This document shows, in pieces, positions 1 through 13,040 of a DNA stretch of 64,000 nt. The DNA is from Lama glama (taxonomy: Eukaryota), in assembly GCA_028534125.1 (NCBI GenBank), contig CM052817.1:33048001-33112000 (forward strand). Reading direction: 5' to 3'. The notes under the pieces were generated by a model. That model was not told the origin of the DNA. It did no database searches and was given only the letters and a program-made list of their open reading frames with translations. Position 1 is the stretch's first letter, and every line of letters starts with the position of its first letter. A program made the translations under genes and the position numbers.

Positions 1-168
1 CATCAATCTGAAACCCTCCTGATAGAGTCAATCTATTTCTTCATCTCTTTAGCACAATCTTTACAGGAACAAAATACTTTAATAATGGAAAATAACCCCC
101 AATCAATGGCCTCTTCTATTTAACTAACTAAGGAAACAGTTCTGAAATTTTAGTGGAGCCAGATGCTA

Positions 169-238
169 TGTGTGTATGTGTGCATGTGTGTCTGTGTGCA
201 TGTGCGTGCACGCATGCATGCGTGTGTTGTGTATATAT
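169..238. repeat. Imperfect (TG)n/(CA)n microsatellite
   Basis: tgtgtgtatgtgtgcatgtgtgtctgtgtgcatgtgcgtgcacgcatgcatgcgtgtg. Confidence 0.9.
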
Positions 239-329
239 CCTTATCATAGACTACAAGTTCCTACAGGCTCTGTCTGGCCTAATCTTCCCTTGCCTGCTTT
301 GCTCCAGCCACACAAATCTTCTAGATCTT

Positions 330-540
330 CTTTGAAAACACATGGCACCTTTCACCTTTGCTTTTGCTATAACCTCTGCCTGCAAATGATCCATATGACT
401 TACTGCTTTCTCTCTCTTCAGGTCTTTGCCCAAATGTCACCTTCTCAGTGAGGCCCTCTTGACCATTCTATTTATGATTATAAACTCCACCACTAATATG
501 TCCTATTCCATAGCATTTATCACCTTTTAACACACTATAT
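330..540 (+). mobile_element. L2 LINE fragment (continues at ~1350-1480 after the L1 insertion)
   Basis: L2-like 'ctcttcaggtctttgcccaaatgtcaccttctcagtgaggccct...catagcatttatcacc'. Confidence 0.6.
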
Positions 541-544
541 AATT

Positions 545-1346
545 TATTTTTATTTTATTTTATTTTATCGAAGTGTAGTTGCTTTCAATGTTTCAGGTGT
601 ACAGCAAAGTAATTCAGTTTTTTATATTATATATGTGTATATATGTATATGTGTATATATATGTATATATATACACATATATATACACACACATATATAA
701 ATGTGTATATACATGTGTGTGTGTGTATATATATACATTCTTTTTCAAATTCTTTTCCATTATAGGCTATTAAAAGATACTGAATATAGTTTCCTGTGCT
801 ATACAGTAGGTCCTTGTTGTTTAGCTATTTTACATATAGTAGTTTGTATCTGCTAATCCCAAATTCCTAATTTATTCTTCTCCCCACCTTTTCCTTTTGG
901 TAACTATAAGTTTGTTTTCTATGTCCTTGGTTCTGTTCCTGTTTGGTAAATAAGTTCATTTGTATCATTTTTTTAGATTCCACATATAAATGATATCATA
1001 TGATATTTGTCTTTCTCTAAGTTATTTCACTTAGTATGATAATCTCTAGGTCTATCCATGTTGCTGCAAATGGCATAATTTCATTCTTTTTTATGGCTAA
1101 TATTCCATTGTGTGTGTGTGTGTGTGTGTGTGTGTTACATCTTCTTTGTCTAGTTATCTGTTAATGGACAGTTCCATGCCTTGACTGTTGTAAATAGTGC
1201 TACTGTGAACATTGGGGTGCATGAATCTTTGTGAATTAGTTTTCGTCTTTTCCAGATATATGCCCAGGAGTGGGATTGCTGGATCATACGGTAACTCTAC
1301 TTTCAGCTTTCTAAGGAATCTCCATACTGTTTTCCATAGTGGCTGC
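545..1346 (-). mobile_element. 5'-truncated L1 (3'UTR + ORF2 C-terminus), cetartiodactyl type, with internal (TA/TG)n tracts
   Basis: (TTTTA)n tail at the left end; ORF 1154-1414(-) contains [30 protein letters not shown], typical of the L1 ORF2p C-terminus. Confidence 0.95.
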
Positions 1347-2374
1347 TTACTTATTTTCTTTATCATATCTCTCTCTACACTAGAAGATAAACTCCACAAA
1401 AAAAAGATTTCCATATCGTTCTTGTTCTCTGTTGAACCCCCAATGCCTAGGAAATAATCGATGCTGGATAAATGAATAGGGGATATAAAACAATAAAACT
1501 ACAACGGGATTATTAAATGCTCTGATTCAAATTAAGTTAAATATGAATATTTTTCAATCCAATAAACTATAGCAGGTTTTAGCTGTAAACTCTTTCAGAA
1601 GTTGAAACCAGAGAGTTGCTATAAATATTTTTAAAACCAGAGTTGTTATAAAAAGGTCCTTGGCATTGCAGAAGTTGATATATAAAATTATTTAAGAACC
1701 AAAATGTTATTGCAGAAAAACTATATTGAAAACCAAAAAGTATAAGGTTTGCACTTACTTTGCTTTAGATCTAGAACAATATTAAATATAAAAGTTAAGC
1801 AATATTAGCTAGCAGAAAAATCAAGTTTGAAATTATTTATAAATTATTTTTTCCTATAGACGTCAAATGTGACCACGGTTATTTGGCTTCTGAACAGAAA
1901 TAGGTAATACACTATCATAGAAAACAAAAGAGACAAACTTTATAACCCCAAAAGGGTTTCCTAATTAGAAAGAGGTTTCCTGAATGCCACAAGGTCCCAC
2001 ATCCACAGTCTGTCACCTTCGCTGTCCCAAGAGTACCCCTCTTCTGGTCTCCCTTCCAGTTGAGACCACCCCTGATGCACAGAAAGATCAGCTCAGCCCC
2101 TGAGCCCCTTTTCTTAAAAATCTGCAAGTTCAAGCAACACCGAGGCTCATCTGCTGAATAAAGAGAATCTAAAGCATTTCTGTCCCCTTGAGGCTGGGTA
2201 TCTGCCCTGAGGGTCACTACTGTCCCCGCAGCTCCCTGTTGTCTCCCACCTTGTTTCCACCACCTGCCTGGACCCGGATGAATCTGAAAACCCTGCTCTC
2301 CATGGCCCAACACACTCCCTTACTGTTTTTAAGCATAAACTCTAGATTTAAACCCTGCTGCAGAGTACCGTGAA

Positions 2375-2550
2375 GCCAAGGTCAGAGCACTGAAATGTTC
2401 TTCAACCACTACCTGTGTGACTGTGTGCAAATCACTCACCCTCTCTCAAGCTCATCTGTGAAACAGGGATGATGACTCCTCCCTGCTTTCCTCACAGGGT
2501 TGTTGTGAGGACTAACTGGGATAAGGGATGTAAAAGTGCTCTACAGAGAA
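2375..2550 (+). mobile_element. MIR SINE
   Basis: 'ctacctgtgtgactgtgtgcaaatcactcaccctctc...catctgtgaaacagggatgatg...cacagggttgttgtgagga' matches the MIR core. Confidence 0.8.
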
Positions 2551-4769
2551 GTGGTATCACCATAGAGCAAATGTTAATCTTTGCACAGAATGGCACATTT
2601 AAAAAATATTATAAAGCAACACTGTCTTATATGAATTTTTGAGGTTGTCACTGAAAGCTTGATTTTCAATTCATGGTTAATAGCACAAAAGAAATTAGTA
2701 AGTCTAAGACTATATACTCAGAAAGTGCAAGCATATATATACAATCTCCTTAAAAAAAAACTTAGTAGCATAAATAACATCTAACTTGTCAGATTGCTAA
2801 ATTGGGAAATGACTGAATTTCCTGAGAACTAAAGATAAGCTTAAGGTCAAATCAGTTCAGCCAAAAAAGGTTTTCAGGAACAATATATATGACAAAAAAA
2901 AAAATCTATCTAGGAATGACGATGTAAGAAATGAGCAAAAATAGTCTGCAGTGGAAACTAAGACAAATGCTGATGTTAAAAAGCATGTAATGAGCTGGGA
3001 TTATCAACCAGCTCCAAAGAGAACATAACAGGATTTCATAAGTGGTTAACCAGCTTTAAGATTCCAGACAGTCAAGGTTGCTGTGATTATCTGTTACAGA
3101 GAAACAGATCTACAGAGCACAAGTATATTCCGGCAGTGGTAACGAAAAAGCAGAGATAATCGAGGAAAGTCCTTGAGGCATCATGTCACTACATCCATCA
3201 CTTAAATCTATGGACTTCAGTAATTTGGGATTGGAAATTAATCAAAATGGTCCACAGGTCATTGGTCAGGTTTATTTAGTCATCAAAAAAGCTGTCCTAA
3301 TTAACCAGATTATGAAAAATGTCTTTTCTGGAACCCTTCACCTTACCAACAAAGGAAACTTTTGAGACTAAACAAAACCAAGAGTAGTTACTAATATGCT
3401 GCATTCTACCGAATTTTTCAGATCCCTTACGGGGGAAAAGGAAAGTGCAATGAGCTATATGGAGGGATTTTTTTTCTCTCTTTTTAAAAAAGCAGAAGCT
3501 TGAGTATTCTTTTGTTTTTATCACAGTTCTTTTTTCAAAAATAAAAAAAAGCATTCTTATCAAAGTAAAACATGAACATGATTCCTAAGATTTGATTCAG
3601 AGGGGGTTGGAATGGACAGCAACAGCCTCCTGCTCACCACTTCCCATGCCCATTCCTACTTCTCAAAGGAAACCACTTTTGGTTGATTTGGGGGTTTGGT
3701 GTCTCTGGATATCACCATCAAGTCATTACATAATATGTTATATTTACACCACTTCTTTTTATAAATCACTCTTTTCCTACCATGATAGACTAGAATTTAG
3801 CTCACTTGCATCCCTACCCCATCACCCCAACATAGAACCAGCCACTTACAGAGATCATCCATTTATATCACAACTCTGGTTTCTCTACTGATTTTAAATG
3901 CCCTAAATACAACAGTTCTACCTTTGTTTCTTCGTCCACCCACTCTAAACTGTACATCTTATTTCACAGGTCAACATGTTAGAGAGAGTAGAGTTTTCTC
4001 CCCTTTCTCCTTTCACCACTGCTACCACTCTGTTAGCTTATACCTTTGGGATTTACTGTTTTAGGGGGCAGGAGGAGGTCAATACTTACTCCAATTATGT
4101 AAAGTAAAGAAGAAATTCACTCTTATCTATCACAACCTCATTAGAGCCTAAAAGTACATGTTACTGCTGGTAGTGTATTTGTGCCTTACTTTGGAAGACT
4201 GATTGCTATTCATTATGAAAATCCATTTTAATAACATATACATTCTGTTCTTCATGTCACAGGTGAAATATAAGTCAAATTTCTCAAAGAACATAATTTT
4301 CCTGAACCAAGGAAGTCATCGTAAGTGATTAATAATTCTACTGCCTTCAAGTTTAGGTCAACTTATCTTTGAAACCAGAAGCCTTCCACAGTAAAATTCT
4401 AACTCTCACTGGAAGATGTTAGAGATTTAGGATAACTTAATTGTTTGGAAGGACAGATCACAGACTAGCTGCAGATTAACAAGACTCATGCTTTATCTTA
4501 GGCCTTCTGTACAGAGTATCAGAGTTCTTTTCATCACTACCTGACAACCTCTGGCATAAATCAGCCTGTATCCCTTCCCTTCTGCCTCCATCCCAGTTCA
4601 CAACACAATACAAAACAGTTCATTATCATGCTCAGGGCCACTCATCTGAGGACCATGGTTATTGGTCTGATACAGGTGCTGATAAAAAGTTTAACAAGAT
4701 TAGACGTTATCAATGAGATATGGAAACTCCAAGTATCTGTAGAAACAGGAAAAATCAACATGTATCATG

Positions 4770-5000
4770 TATTAGGTAAGCAAGCTAAGAGCATGACTCT
4801 TGAGTCAGAATTCCTGGTGTCAATGACCAGCTCTATCACCACCAGTGGTGTGACCCAATCTTCTTTACCCTGGTTTCCCCACTTAAGAAACTGAGTTGTG
4901 GCAAAGATGAAAAATAATGATGTATGTAAAGCATTTAGCATGGTACATGGCATATAATAAGAGCTTAACAAATAGGACTCACTAAAATGATTATTATTAT
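4770..5000 (+). mobile_element. MIR SINE
   Basis: 'ctaagagcatgactcttgagtcaga...tgtatgtaaagcatttagcatggtacatggcatataataagagctt'. Confidence 0.8.
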
Positions 5001-6039
5001 CACTATTATTATGTTATTGGCCAAAAAGCCTTGACTGTAACTTTTTTTTTTTAACATTAAACCTAATTACATCTTCCACTTGCACACCTGGAAGTCAAAT
5101 GACTGTCCTTCCTTTTCAGAAGTCTGCTTTTACCTCTAATTGCAGGCACAGCTAATAGGCCTGGTGGGCAAACAGCCCAAGCTGCCTCTTCTGGACTAAG
5201 CTCTTGAGATATTAACCCCCACACTCCAGTAGGTCCTGGTTTCATGTTATGTTCTCCAAATGCTTTCACCATGTCACTTCTTAGAGTTAGCCCTGATAAA
5301 ATTTTAGATTTCTAGGTTTTAAGGTTTGGGGTTTAAGGTTTTAAGATTTTTAAGGTTTAAGCATATCCTTACATTTGGAACCAGCTAACAATGCTAAAAA
5401 GAGATGTGCTATCTTCTAGATAAAATGAAGAAATCCTAAGAAAAACTGATTCAGGACTACCTGGATTGTGGCTAAAGTCCATCCAACAGCAGCTAATGTT
5501 AAAAAGCCTTAAAAAAAAAAAAAAGAATTTGGTCTTAGTGCCCTGGTAGACAGTATTTGGGACAAAGAAAAGTACATTTCTATGGAAGTTTTCAAAATAT
5601 TAAAAATGAGACAAAAACAAATGAGAGAAACACAGACATTTTTAGCTCATGGACCTAAAATCACCATATGTGAAATATCAAATAAATAGCAACTCTAATC
5701 TCACATGGTAATCTTTCCTCGCAGCCTTTCTCATTTTATTGGACCAAATATTTCAACCCCCATCTGTGTTCTATTACAACCCCAAAGACAACATGATGTC
5801 TAGGATAGTGTTTGTATATAAAAATCATTTTAAATTAGGAGGTGATATAAACTGACATCCAGATTCCCCTTACCCCAAGTCTTCATATAATTATACTGTC
5901 TTTTTAAAAAAACCCTGAAACAACAATTTTCTCTTTTGGCACAGAGGATTTTGGCTCCACTTTTGATGCCAACATAGTCTCATCACAAAAATAAATTAAA
6001 AGTAGGTGGTCTGCTTAGTTTTCACAATGCTACATTTTA

Positions 6040-6480
6040 ATCAGGCGAAGCAGTGAAAAAGATGATTGTCGAACTGCTGGCGTATCTTCAAACAACAGTG
6101 CAAGCTGTCCATTTTACTTACAGTGAAAAAGCTCTTCAAGAGATTTCGATAAAGGTTTCCCTCCTACTTGCAGTCCACATTTGTAATGTTTATATAAGTG
6201 GGGGATATAAATCTTTCTCCAATGAACCCCACGGTTTTTAAAGCAGACTTCTTGTTATAAACTGCCTGTTTCCGCTTTGCCTGCCTAAGCAAGCCAGGCG
6301 AAGCCCATTCGCGAGAGACTGGAACTAATTTAATGTGCTCCAGGTTTAAGCCCCCAGTCTCTGCGCCTTTACAGGGAGATTTTACGCAGTGGATTACTGC
6401 TGACTGTAACAATGATTCATACGTTAAGTGGCTTTTGATTTGTTTTTTAACGTCAGAAAATACGCATTGGCAAAAAATGT
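6040..6480 (-). promoter_or_regulatory. Candidate internal/alternative promoter (CpG-retaining unique patch)
   Basis: More than a dozen CpGs in ~440 bp of otherwise CpG-depleted DNA; TTCGCGAGA (near TCTCGCGAGA) at ~6308-6316; TATA-like TTTATAA on the minus strand at ~6256-6262; canonical donor downstream. Confidence 0.55.
6122..6212 (-). other. NCOA1: Candidate non-coding 5'UTR exon (5' boundary uncertain; may be a first exon)
   Basis: Donor ACT|GTAAGT at 6122/6121; contains short ORF MWTASRRETFIEIS* (6180-6136); gene assignment from memory only. Confidence 0.5.
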
Positions 6481-7154
6481 CATCAGAATCATTTTGTTAA
6501 AGCAGTACCCATAAAAAAGGAAAAAATGTTCAATTCTTCACAAAACAAAACAAAAAAAGGCAGCCTAAATCGTATTCATGCCAAAGACTCCTTCATATGA
6601 ATTTGTAGCTTTGCTCAATGTAAAAGAACACAAAGTTGTTTACAGACAGTTAAATTTAAGACTGGATGAACTCCAAGATATGATTGGTTGAACTGATATA
6701 CTTTACCCCAAGACTCGTTCCTGCTATTAAAAATACCAAAGCCACACTGAAGATAGACAAAAGCATCATTCTTTTTGCAGCCTCAAAGATACTTTGTGTG
6801 TTTTTTTTTTAAAGATGCAAAATTCCTTGAAACCAACACTAATTAAAACAAAAACACATTCACAAAATCCCTAGTAAAATCCATCATCTCAAAGTATGTC
6901 AGGGTAGGAAAGTTTCCTCTGTTTAACTCAAAGGAACAGAGCAGCAAAGACATTAATTCAAAAGAAAACAAACTGAGGAACAAAAGTATATATTGTACAA
7001 TTATTCTAGATTTCTGCATTTAAGGGGCCTGAACCATTCATCAGAATTTGCTTTTAAAATGCCAAATGTAATAAGATATACGTGCCCCAGTCATTTGTTA
7101 GTTTTAGTTTCTCTTATTTTTTCTTGATGTTCCTTTGAAAGGGCCCAGGAAAGT

Positions 7155-7173
7155 CTTACAGCAGGGGGCAGTA
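7155..7173 (+). promoter_or_regulatory. CTCF motif candidate
   Basis: cttACAGCAGGGGGCAGTA closely matches the CTCF core CCASYAGRKGGCRS. Confidence 0.5.
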
Positions 7174-9185
7174 TTGTAACATCATGCTCACACTTGAAAC
7201 ACTAGGTCTGACCAAGGAAGGAAAAAGAACAATTATTCTTCATTAAGATTTAACCATGTTGGCATAATTATCCTAATTTATTACAAAATTTTAGTTTTGT
7301 TCCCCTGATGTTCAACTTACTTTTCACCACCTACCTACAATATTAAGATGTCTTAAATAATACAAAAAGCAAATGCTTTTTATGAAAAAAACCCACCCAA
7401 ATATCTGAGACATGCTGATTGCTACTTAGCAGTGGAAGAACTATTTACTCAATGTCATATTTCAAAAGCATGAAGACTTCTTCAATTGCAAAATCCAGAT
7501 GTTCTTTATTGTAAATACAATATCACGTTGGGAGATGGTTAAGAAAAAAAAGAATGACTATTTCATCTTGGTCTAAAGTGAAATGCAGAACTGGTTTATA
7601 AACACAAGTCAATGTGATCCATGCTAATTGATGTTAATTTCAAAAATATGGGGTAAGAAAATATTTACAAGTACAAGAATGTATTCGTATTTTCCAGAAA
7701 TAAACTCTTTCTTTGCATTTGCCTAGGATGGCTCTTGGCTGGCCTGTTAAGAAATACGGAAACTGAAACTGTTTGTACTGAATGCTTGGCTTCCACTGAC
7801 TTACTATGCTTTGGGAGTTAGTAGAGGAAAAAAGCAAATTTTTCACCAGGTCCCAAGAATGAAATCTATAGACACATAATGTTTTGGTTTTTTTTTTTTT
7901 TTACTATACATAATAGTAATCCATATGGCCTTCTCTAAATTCTGTAAATTTGAGTGATTGGAACTTTTATTTAATACTCAAAAGCTTTAAGGTCACTAAA
8001 TAGTAACGAATTATTTGACCTTAAAAGAGTCAAGCCTTATACAGTCTTAATAAATATTTATGCTTATCTCTCTCTGTCTTTAATTTCAACTCAAAGGTTT
8101 GTTTGCTTGCTGTTTTAAGAGAGCAAGGTATTATAGATTCAAACAAGGATTTTTATCTCCCAATATAATAATTCTACTAAATACCCAATATTAAAACTAT
8201 TCCTTTATAGATATATTAGTTAATATTTTTAAATGTACAAAAAGAGATCCTAAAATATATATAGATCTCTTTGAGACACATAAGCAGCCAGCAAGAATTT
8301 ATGCAATTATGTTTAAATGCTATAAAATTTAAATTTCAGTGCTTCAAGTTATGTTATAGTTTATTTTTTACTTTTTCTCTACTTCCCCACTTCTGCTGTT
8401 TGGGAGTTAGAGCTTTTTTAATTTGGAGGGGGGGAGTGTGTGTGTGTGTGTGTGTGAGTAATCTTACAAGACTCTACTTTGTATGCTTCTTGGAGAATGT
8501 GGTCTGCCCCCATGCCTTTCATCAAGGTCTTCTCAAATGTGATAGTTTCCTTTTTCAAGGCTTAACTGAAAACTGGGTCTATAATTACCACCAAACTTCC
8601 CTCAAATTGAGCTAAACAGTGTACATTTCTGTTGCCAGTTGGGACATAATTCTTCATAATTATTGTACAAAAGAGCCTGTGACATTTGCAACAAAGTAAT
8701 TGGCTAATGGAAGAGCACCAGGTATGTATTTCCTTGAAACATCTGTTGAAACTCTGGGTCATTTGAAGAGTATGTAAAATTGTCCCATCTTCTAATTAGT
8801 TTCTCACTAGCCAAAATGTCATTGTCAAAGTTGTTTTAAGTAGTATGGCAAGTAGGGGCCAAGGTTCTTCTGCAGCAAAGTTGATGCAACCACTCATTTC
8901 TCCAAAGGCAAGCATTATTTCATCTCCAAACGCTGGCATTTGGGACAGAGAAGGGGGCAGCATTTTCCTTCTAATAACAACATATTTTCCGTATTACTTA
9001 AGATATTTCTCTTTTACTTATAGTCAAAAACCATCTTGACAAAGCACATTAATGTCTACTTATTTTCTTGTTTTCTTCTTTCTTTATAAACCTGAAGAAT
9101 GAGTGAGGAGCCCACCTCCAAAAACAGCAGGGTATGACCTTTGGTTGTGTCATATAACAAGAAATATATTTGGTTTCAAAATTGG

Positions 9186-9255
9186 GAATCACTATGTTGT
9201 ACACCTGAATCTGTACTGTATATCAACTATAAACCTCAATAATAATAAATAAAGC
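9186..9255 (+). mobile_element. L1 extreme 3' end
   Basis: 'gaatcactatgttgtacacctgaa...tcaactataaacctcaataataataaataaa' matches the other L1 tips in the window. Confidence 0.8.
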
Positions 9256-9301
9256 AATACTTAGTATCTTAAAAAATAAATTAAATGATGCCCATAATGT
9301 G

Positions 9302-9343
<42 letters not shown>
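9302..9343. repeat. (GATA)n tetranucleotide microsatellite
   Basis: About 10 perfect AGAT units. Confidence 0.97.
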
Positions 9344-10134
9344 GTATCTGGTCTTTGTCTCAGGTTCCTGGCACAGAGGTCCTAAAATCCTTGCAACTTC
9401 CTGAGTGATAAGAGTGTCTTTTGCTATTCATAACAAGCCTCTTTTGATGATCACACCTGAGTTTATACTAATGAGGTGACTTAGGGCAGGGCCCCTAGAT
9501 AGCCTCAGGATAGGACCGGTCACTGGAAAGACCAAATTATTACAGGTTAGAACTTTCTGCCCCACCCACAGTCCCACAGGGAGGGGGCTAGAGATTGAGG
9601 TCCACAAAAACTCTAGAACAAAGATGTTGGATGGGCTTTTGGATTGGTGAACACATTAATTAACTTGCTGGGAGGGTGGTGCACTGAAGAAGGCATGGAA
9701 GTGCCATATCCCTTCCATCCCTCATACTCTGCTCTATTCATCTCTCCCACTTGGCTGTTCCTGAGTTGTTTCCTGCAAATATAGTGTTGTATAACTGCAA
9801 ATATAGTGTTTTTCTTAGTTCTCTAAGCCATTTTAGCAAGTTACTGATACTGAGAAGGGGATTGTGAGAATCTCTGATTTATAGCTAGTTGGTCAGAGGT
9901 ATGACTGGCCCAGAACTTAAAACTGGCATCCAAAGTAGGTGGGAGGAGTCTTGTTGTACTGAGCCCCCTTAACCTGAGGGATCTGATGCTAATTCCAGGT
10001 AGACAGTGTCAGAACTGAACTGAGTTATTGACACCTGATTGGTGTGTGGAGAACTGGAGAATTAGTTGGTGTGAGAAAATATCCTCAGTTATATTTCCAC
10101 AGTATGAGTGGGTTGAAACCAGGCTGTCTCCCAT

Positions 10135-10487
10135 ATGACCAATGGCAGGTTAGGTTGCCATACAAAATACCATAGACTGGATAGCTTAGCCAAGGATGGA
10201 ACTCTAAAAGATCAGAGTGCCAGCATGGTTGGGTTTTGGTGCAGCCCCTCTTTCTGGCTTGCAGACACAGCCTTATCACTGTGTCTTCACGTGGCAGAGA
10301 GAAGGATAGCAAACTCTCTGATGTCTCTTCCTATAAGGGCACTAATTCCATCCTGAGGGCCCCACCCTCACGACCTCATCTAAACCTAATTATCTTGCAA
10401 AGGCCCCATCTCCAAATATCCTCACACTGGGGGTTAGGGGGCTTCAACATATGAATTTTGAGGAGGGACACAATTCAGTCCATTGCA
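10135..10487 (-). mobile_element. MLT1A-type MaLR solo LTR
   Basis: 'aaaataccatagactgg...tataagggcactaattccatc...catatgaattttgaggagggacacaattcagtccattgca'. Confidence 0.85.
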
Positions 10488-12018
10488 ATGAGATTGTTGG
10501 CTAAAATCAGGAATAAAGCTTGTAGTCATGTAACAATTTCTTTCTGTGGGCAGGTGACTGTTCTTCACTTGAACCCTTTAAACTAGGATACACAAAACTG
10601 AGTCAACCCTAGAGTCGTTGTAATAGAGGTTCATCTAAATTTTTACCTAGCAATTTCTGATCCTCTTCCCACTCTTCTACCTACAAACTCACCTTCAACA
10701 AAAAACTCACCATGGGATGTAAGAAGTATTATGAATGTGAATCTCTGAAAACTTTGAACTACTAAAGTGCATTACAAATGAAAAAGTTACTACAGTATCC
10801 TGATATAGTCAGATTTGAAAGCAAACGTAAGCACGGCCTCTGTGACAAATAACAGAGTTTCTTTCCTCCACTTAAGGTGAAAACAATAATTTGTTTCTGG
10901 AAAGAAGATTGAGGTCCCCAGTTTGGAAAATCAGGAGATAGGATAAGCACTCTGCTAATAACTGAAAGAAGTTTCACTCCATGAAGTAGAGAGTCTCCAG
11001 AGGCAGCAAAATGTGTTCACATCAAATCCTGACTGTGTATTTACTACTGAATGATAAATGTAGATAAAAGTATATTCTGTTTTAAGGGCGTAAGTTTAAT
11101 CTATGGTGATCTGCATATCTTCTAATAGACTCAATCTCAAAACAAACACACACACACACACTCTCTCTCAATGAATTCACCTCAGTTATTCATTTCTGTA
11201 CACATTTAAATTTTCTCTGATAATTCATCAGAGATATATAAATCTAGTCTCAAAATTGAAAGCTTTAAATTTTAATAGAGTGTGAGTATTTGCTTGAAAA
11301 TATAGCTGCTGTTGTCATTTATAAACAACAGAAGCACAGATCTTTAAAAGAGAAAGTATGGTCAAATATTACCTTTAGTTTGCATTTAAGTCTAGTGAGA
11401 TCAAGGAGTGTAGCTGATGATTTGTAAGTAAGATTACAACTTTTAGAAAGATCAAAGTAATTTAGGGTTAAGATGGCATATTAAACATATATATCTAAAT
11501 ATGCTGCCTCCAGAACCCTATTAAAATTACCCAAGAAAGAATAACCAAAAAAAAGGTTTTGTTTTTAATAAATAAACCCACAAATACAAAGAAAACTAGA
11601 GAGGAAATAACAGCAACAAAATTTTGGAAGCTTGAAAGTCAATGCTCAAGTGTTAATGGACTTAGGAGAACCAAGAAAGCTAGACCCTAACTGGTAGAGA
11701 AGCTGAGAAGCAAATTCATTTATACTACAGCATCCACAAAGGCTCAGCCAACAGCAGCAAGGTCTCCTCTGGAGCTGGGAGGGAACTGGAGTACATTAAT
11801 AATGAGGAGGATGAAGTTGTTCAAGAAGTAGTTGGGTCCCTAAGTCCCCTCCAACACTCCACATCACTTGGCAACTGCCTATCCCTTACCCTGGCAGCAG
11901 GCAGCAGGTTTACTCTCTGGAGAGAGTAAAACAGAGGGTTTTGGTCTAGGGGTTGGATGGCAAAGACTTGGGAATTAATTGATTATACACCAATAGCTGG
12001 ATGCTGACACTACCCACC

Positions 12019-12371
12019 TGCTATGGTCCAAATGTTTGTGTCCCCCCCAAAATTCATATACTGACATCCTAACCTCCAAAGATGATGGTATTAGGAGGTG
12101 GGACCTCTGGGAGGTGCTTAAGTCATGAGGGTGTAGCCCTCATGAGTGGGATTAGTGCTGCAAAGAGGTCCCTAGTCCCTTCCATTATGTGAGGACACAG
12201 TGAGAAGATGCTGCTTATGAACCAGGAAGATAGCCCTCACCAGAAGTTAACCATGCTGGCAATCTGATCTTAGGCTTCTCAGCCTCCAAAACTGTGAAAA
12301 ATAAATTTGTGTTGTTTCTAAGCCACCCAACCTGTGGCGTTTTGCTAAGGCAATTTGAATGGACTAAGACA
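12019..12371 (+). mobile_element. MLT1A-type MaLR solo LTR, full length
   Basis: TG...CA termini (tgctatggtcc...ggactaagaca) with a perfect 5-bp TSD CCACC at 12014-12018 and 12372-12376. Confidence 0.93.
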
Positions 12372-13008
12372 CCACCCTTTCTTCTATGTGGCTCTCAAAA
12401 GATATATCCAGACCTTTTCGAATCCATGTGAGAAACTGGAAGGGTACCATTTCAGGGAATACTTCTAGCTCAATGGAAAAGACCTAATACTGATTGTGAT
12501 GGTTTACTAATAAACAATTCACCTGATTGCCTAAAGTAAACCTCAAGTTTGTAAGCCTACCATAGGTTCAGCATGTCCAACCAGCTTTTTAGATATCTAC
12601 TCTTAATCCTTACTACCAGGAATTATCCAACATCAGAGGAAAGCTAATGTAGAACAACTTAGGGGAAAAAAGGCAATATGGAAAAGCCTTGCAAGGAGAA
12701 GATATTGTACCCACTAAACAGGAACAAAATGATATTTAAAAAAATAATTATAATATACAGAGTACACACATGCACACATACAAACATGCTCACAAGAACT
12801 CTTGAAATTAAAAATATGATGGCAAAAATTAAAAACTCAATTAAAAGCTTGGAAGATAAAATTGAGGATATCTCCCAGAAAGAACAAAAATGGAAACAAA
12901 CAAAAGAAATAGAAAACAGGAAGAAAAAAGAAGATTCAAAAATTAGAAGACCAATTAAGGAGGGCCCACCTCCAAACAATAGGAATTCCAGAAAAGGAAT
13001 TACCAAAA

Positions 13009-13009
13009 G

Positions 13010-13038
<29 letters not shown>
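13009..13038. repeat. (CA)n microsatellite
   Basis: About 15 AC units. Confidence 0.97.

Positions 13039-13040
<2 letters not shown>

Larger units (their letters stand above)
9145..10085 (+). mobile_element. MER21-family solo LTR, interrupted at ~9175-9345 by an L1 3' tip and (GATA)n
   Basis: 'ataacaagaaatatatttggt...ctttgtctcaggttcctggcacagag...gtagacagtgtcagaactgaactgag'; homologous to the copy at 34945-35815. Confidence 0.8.
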
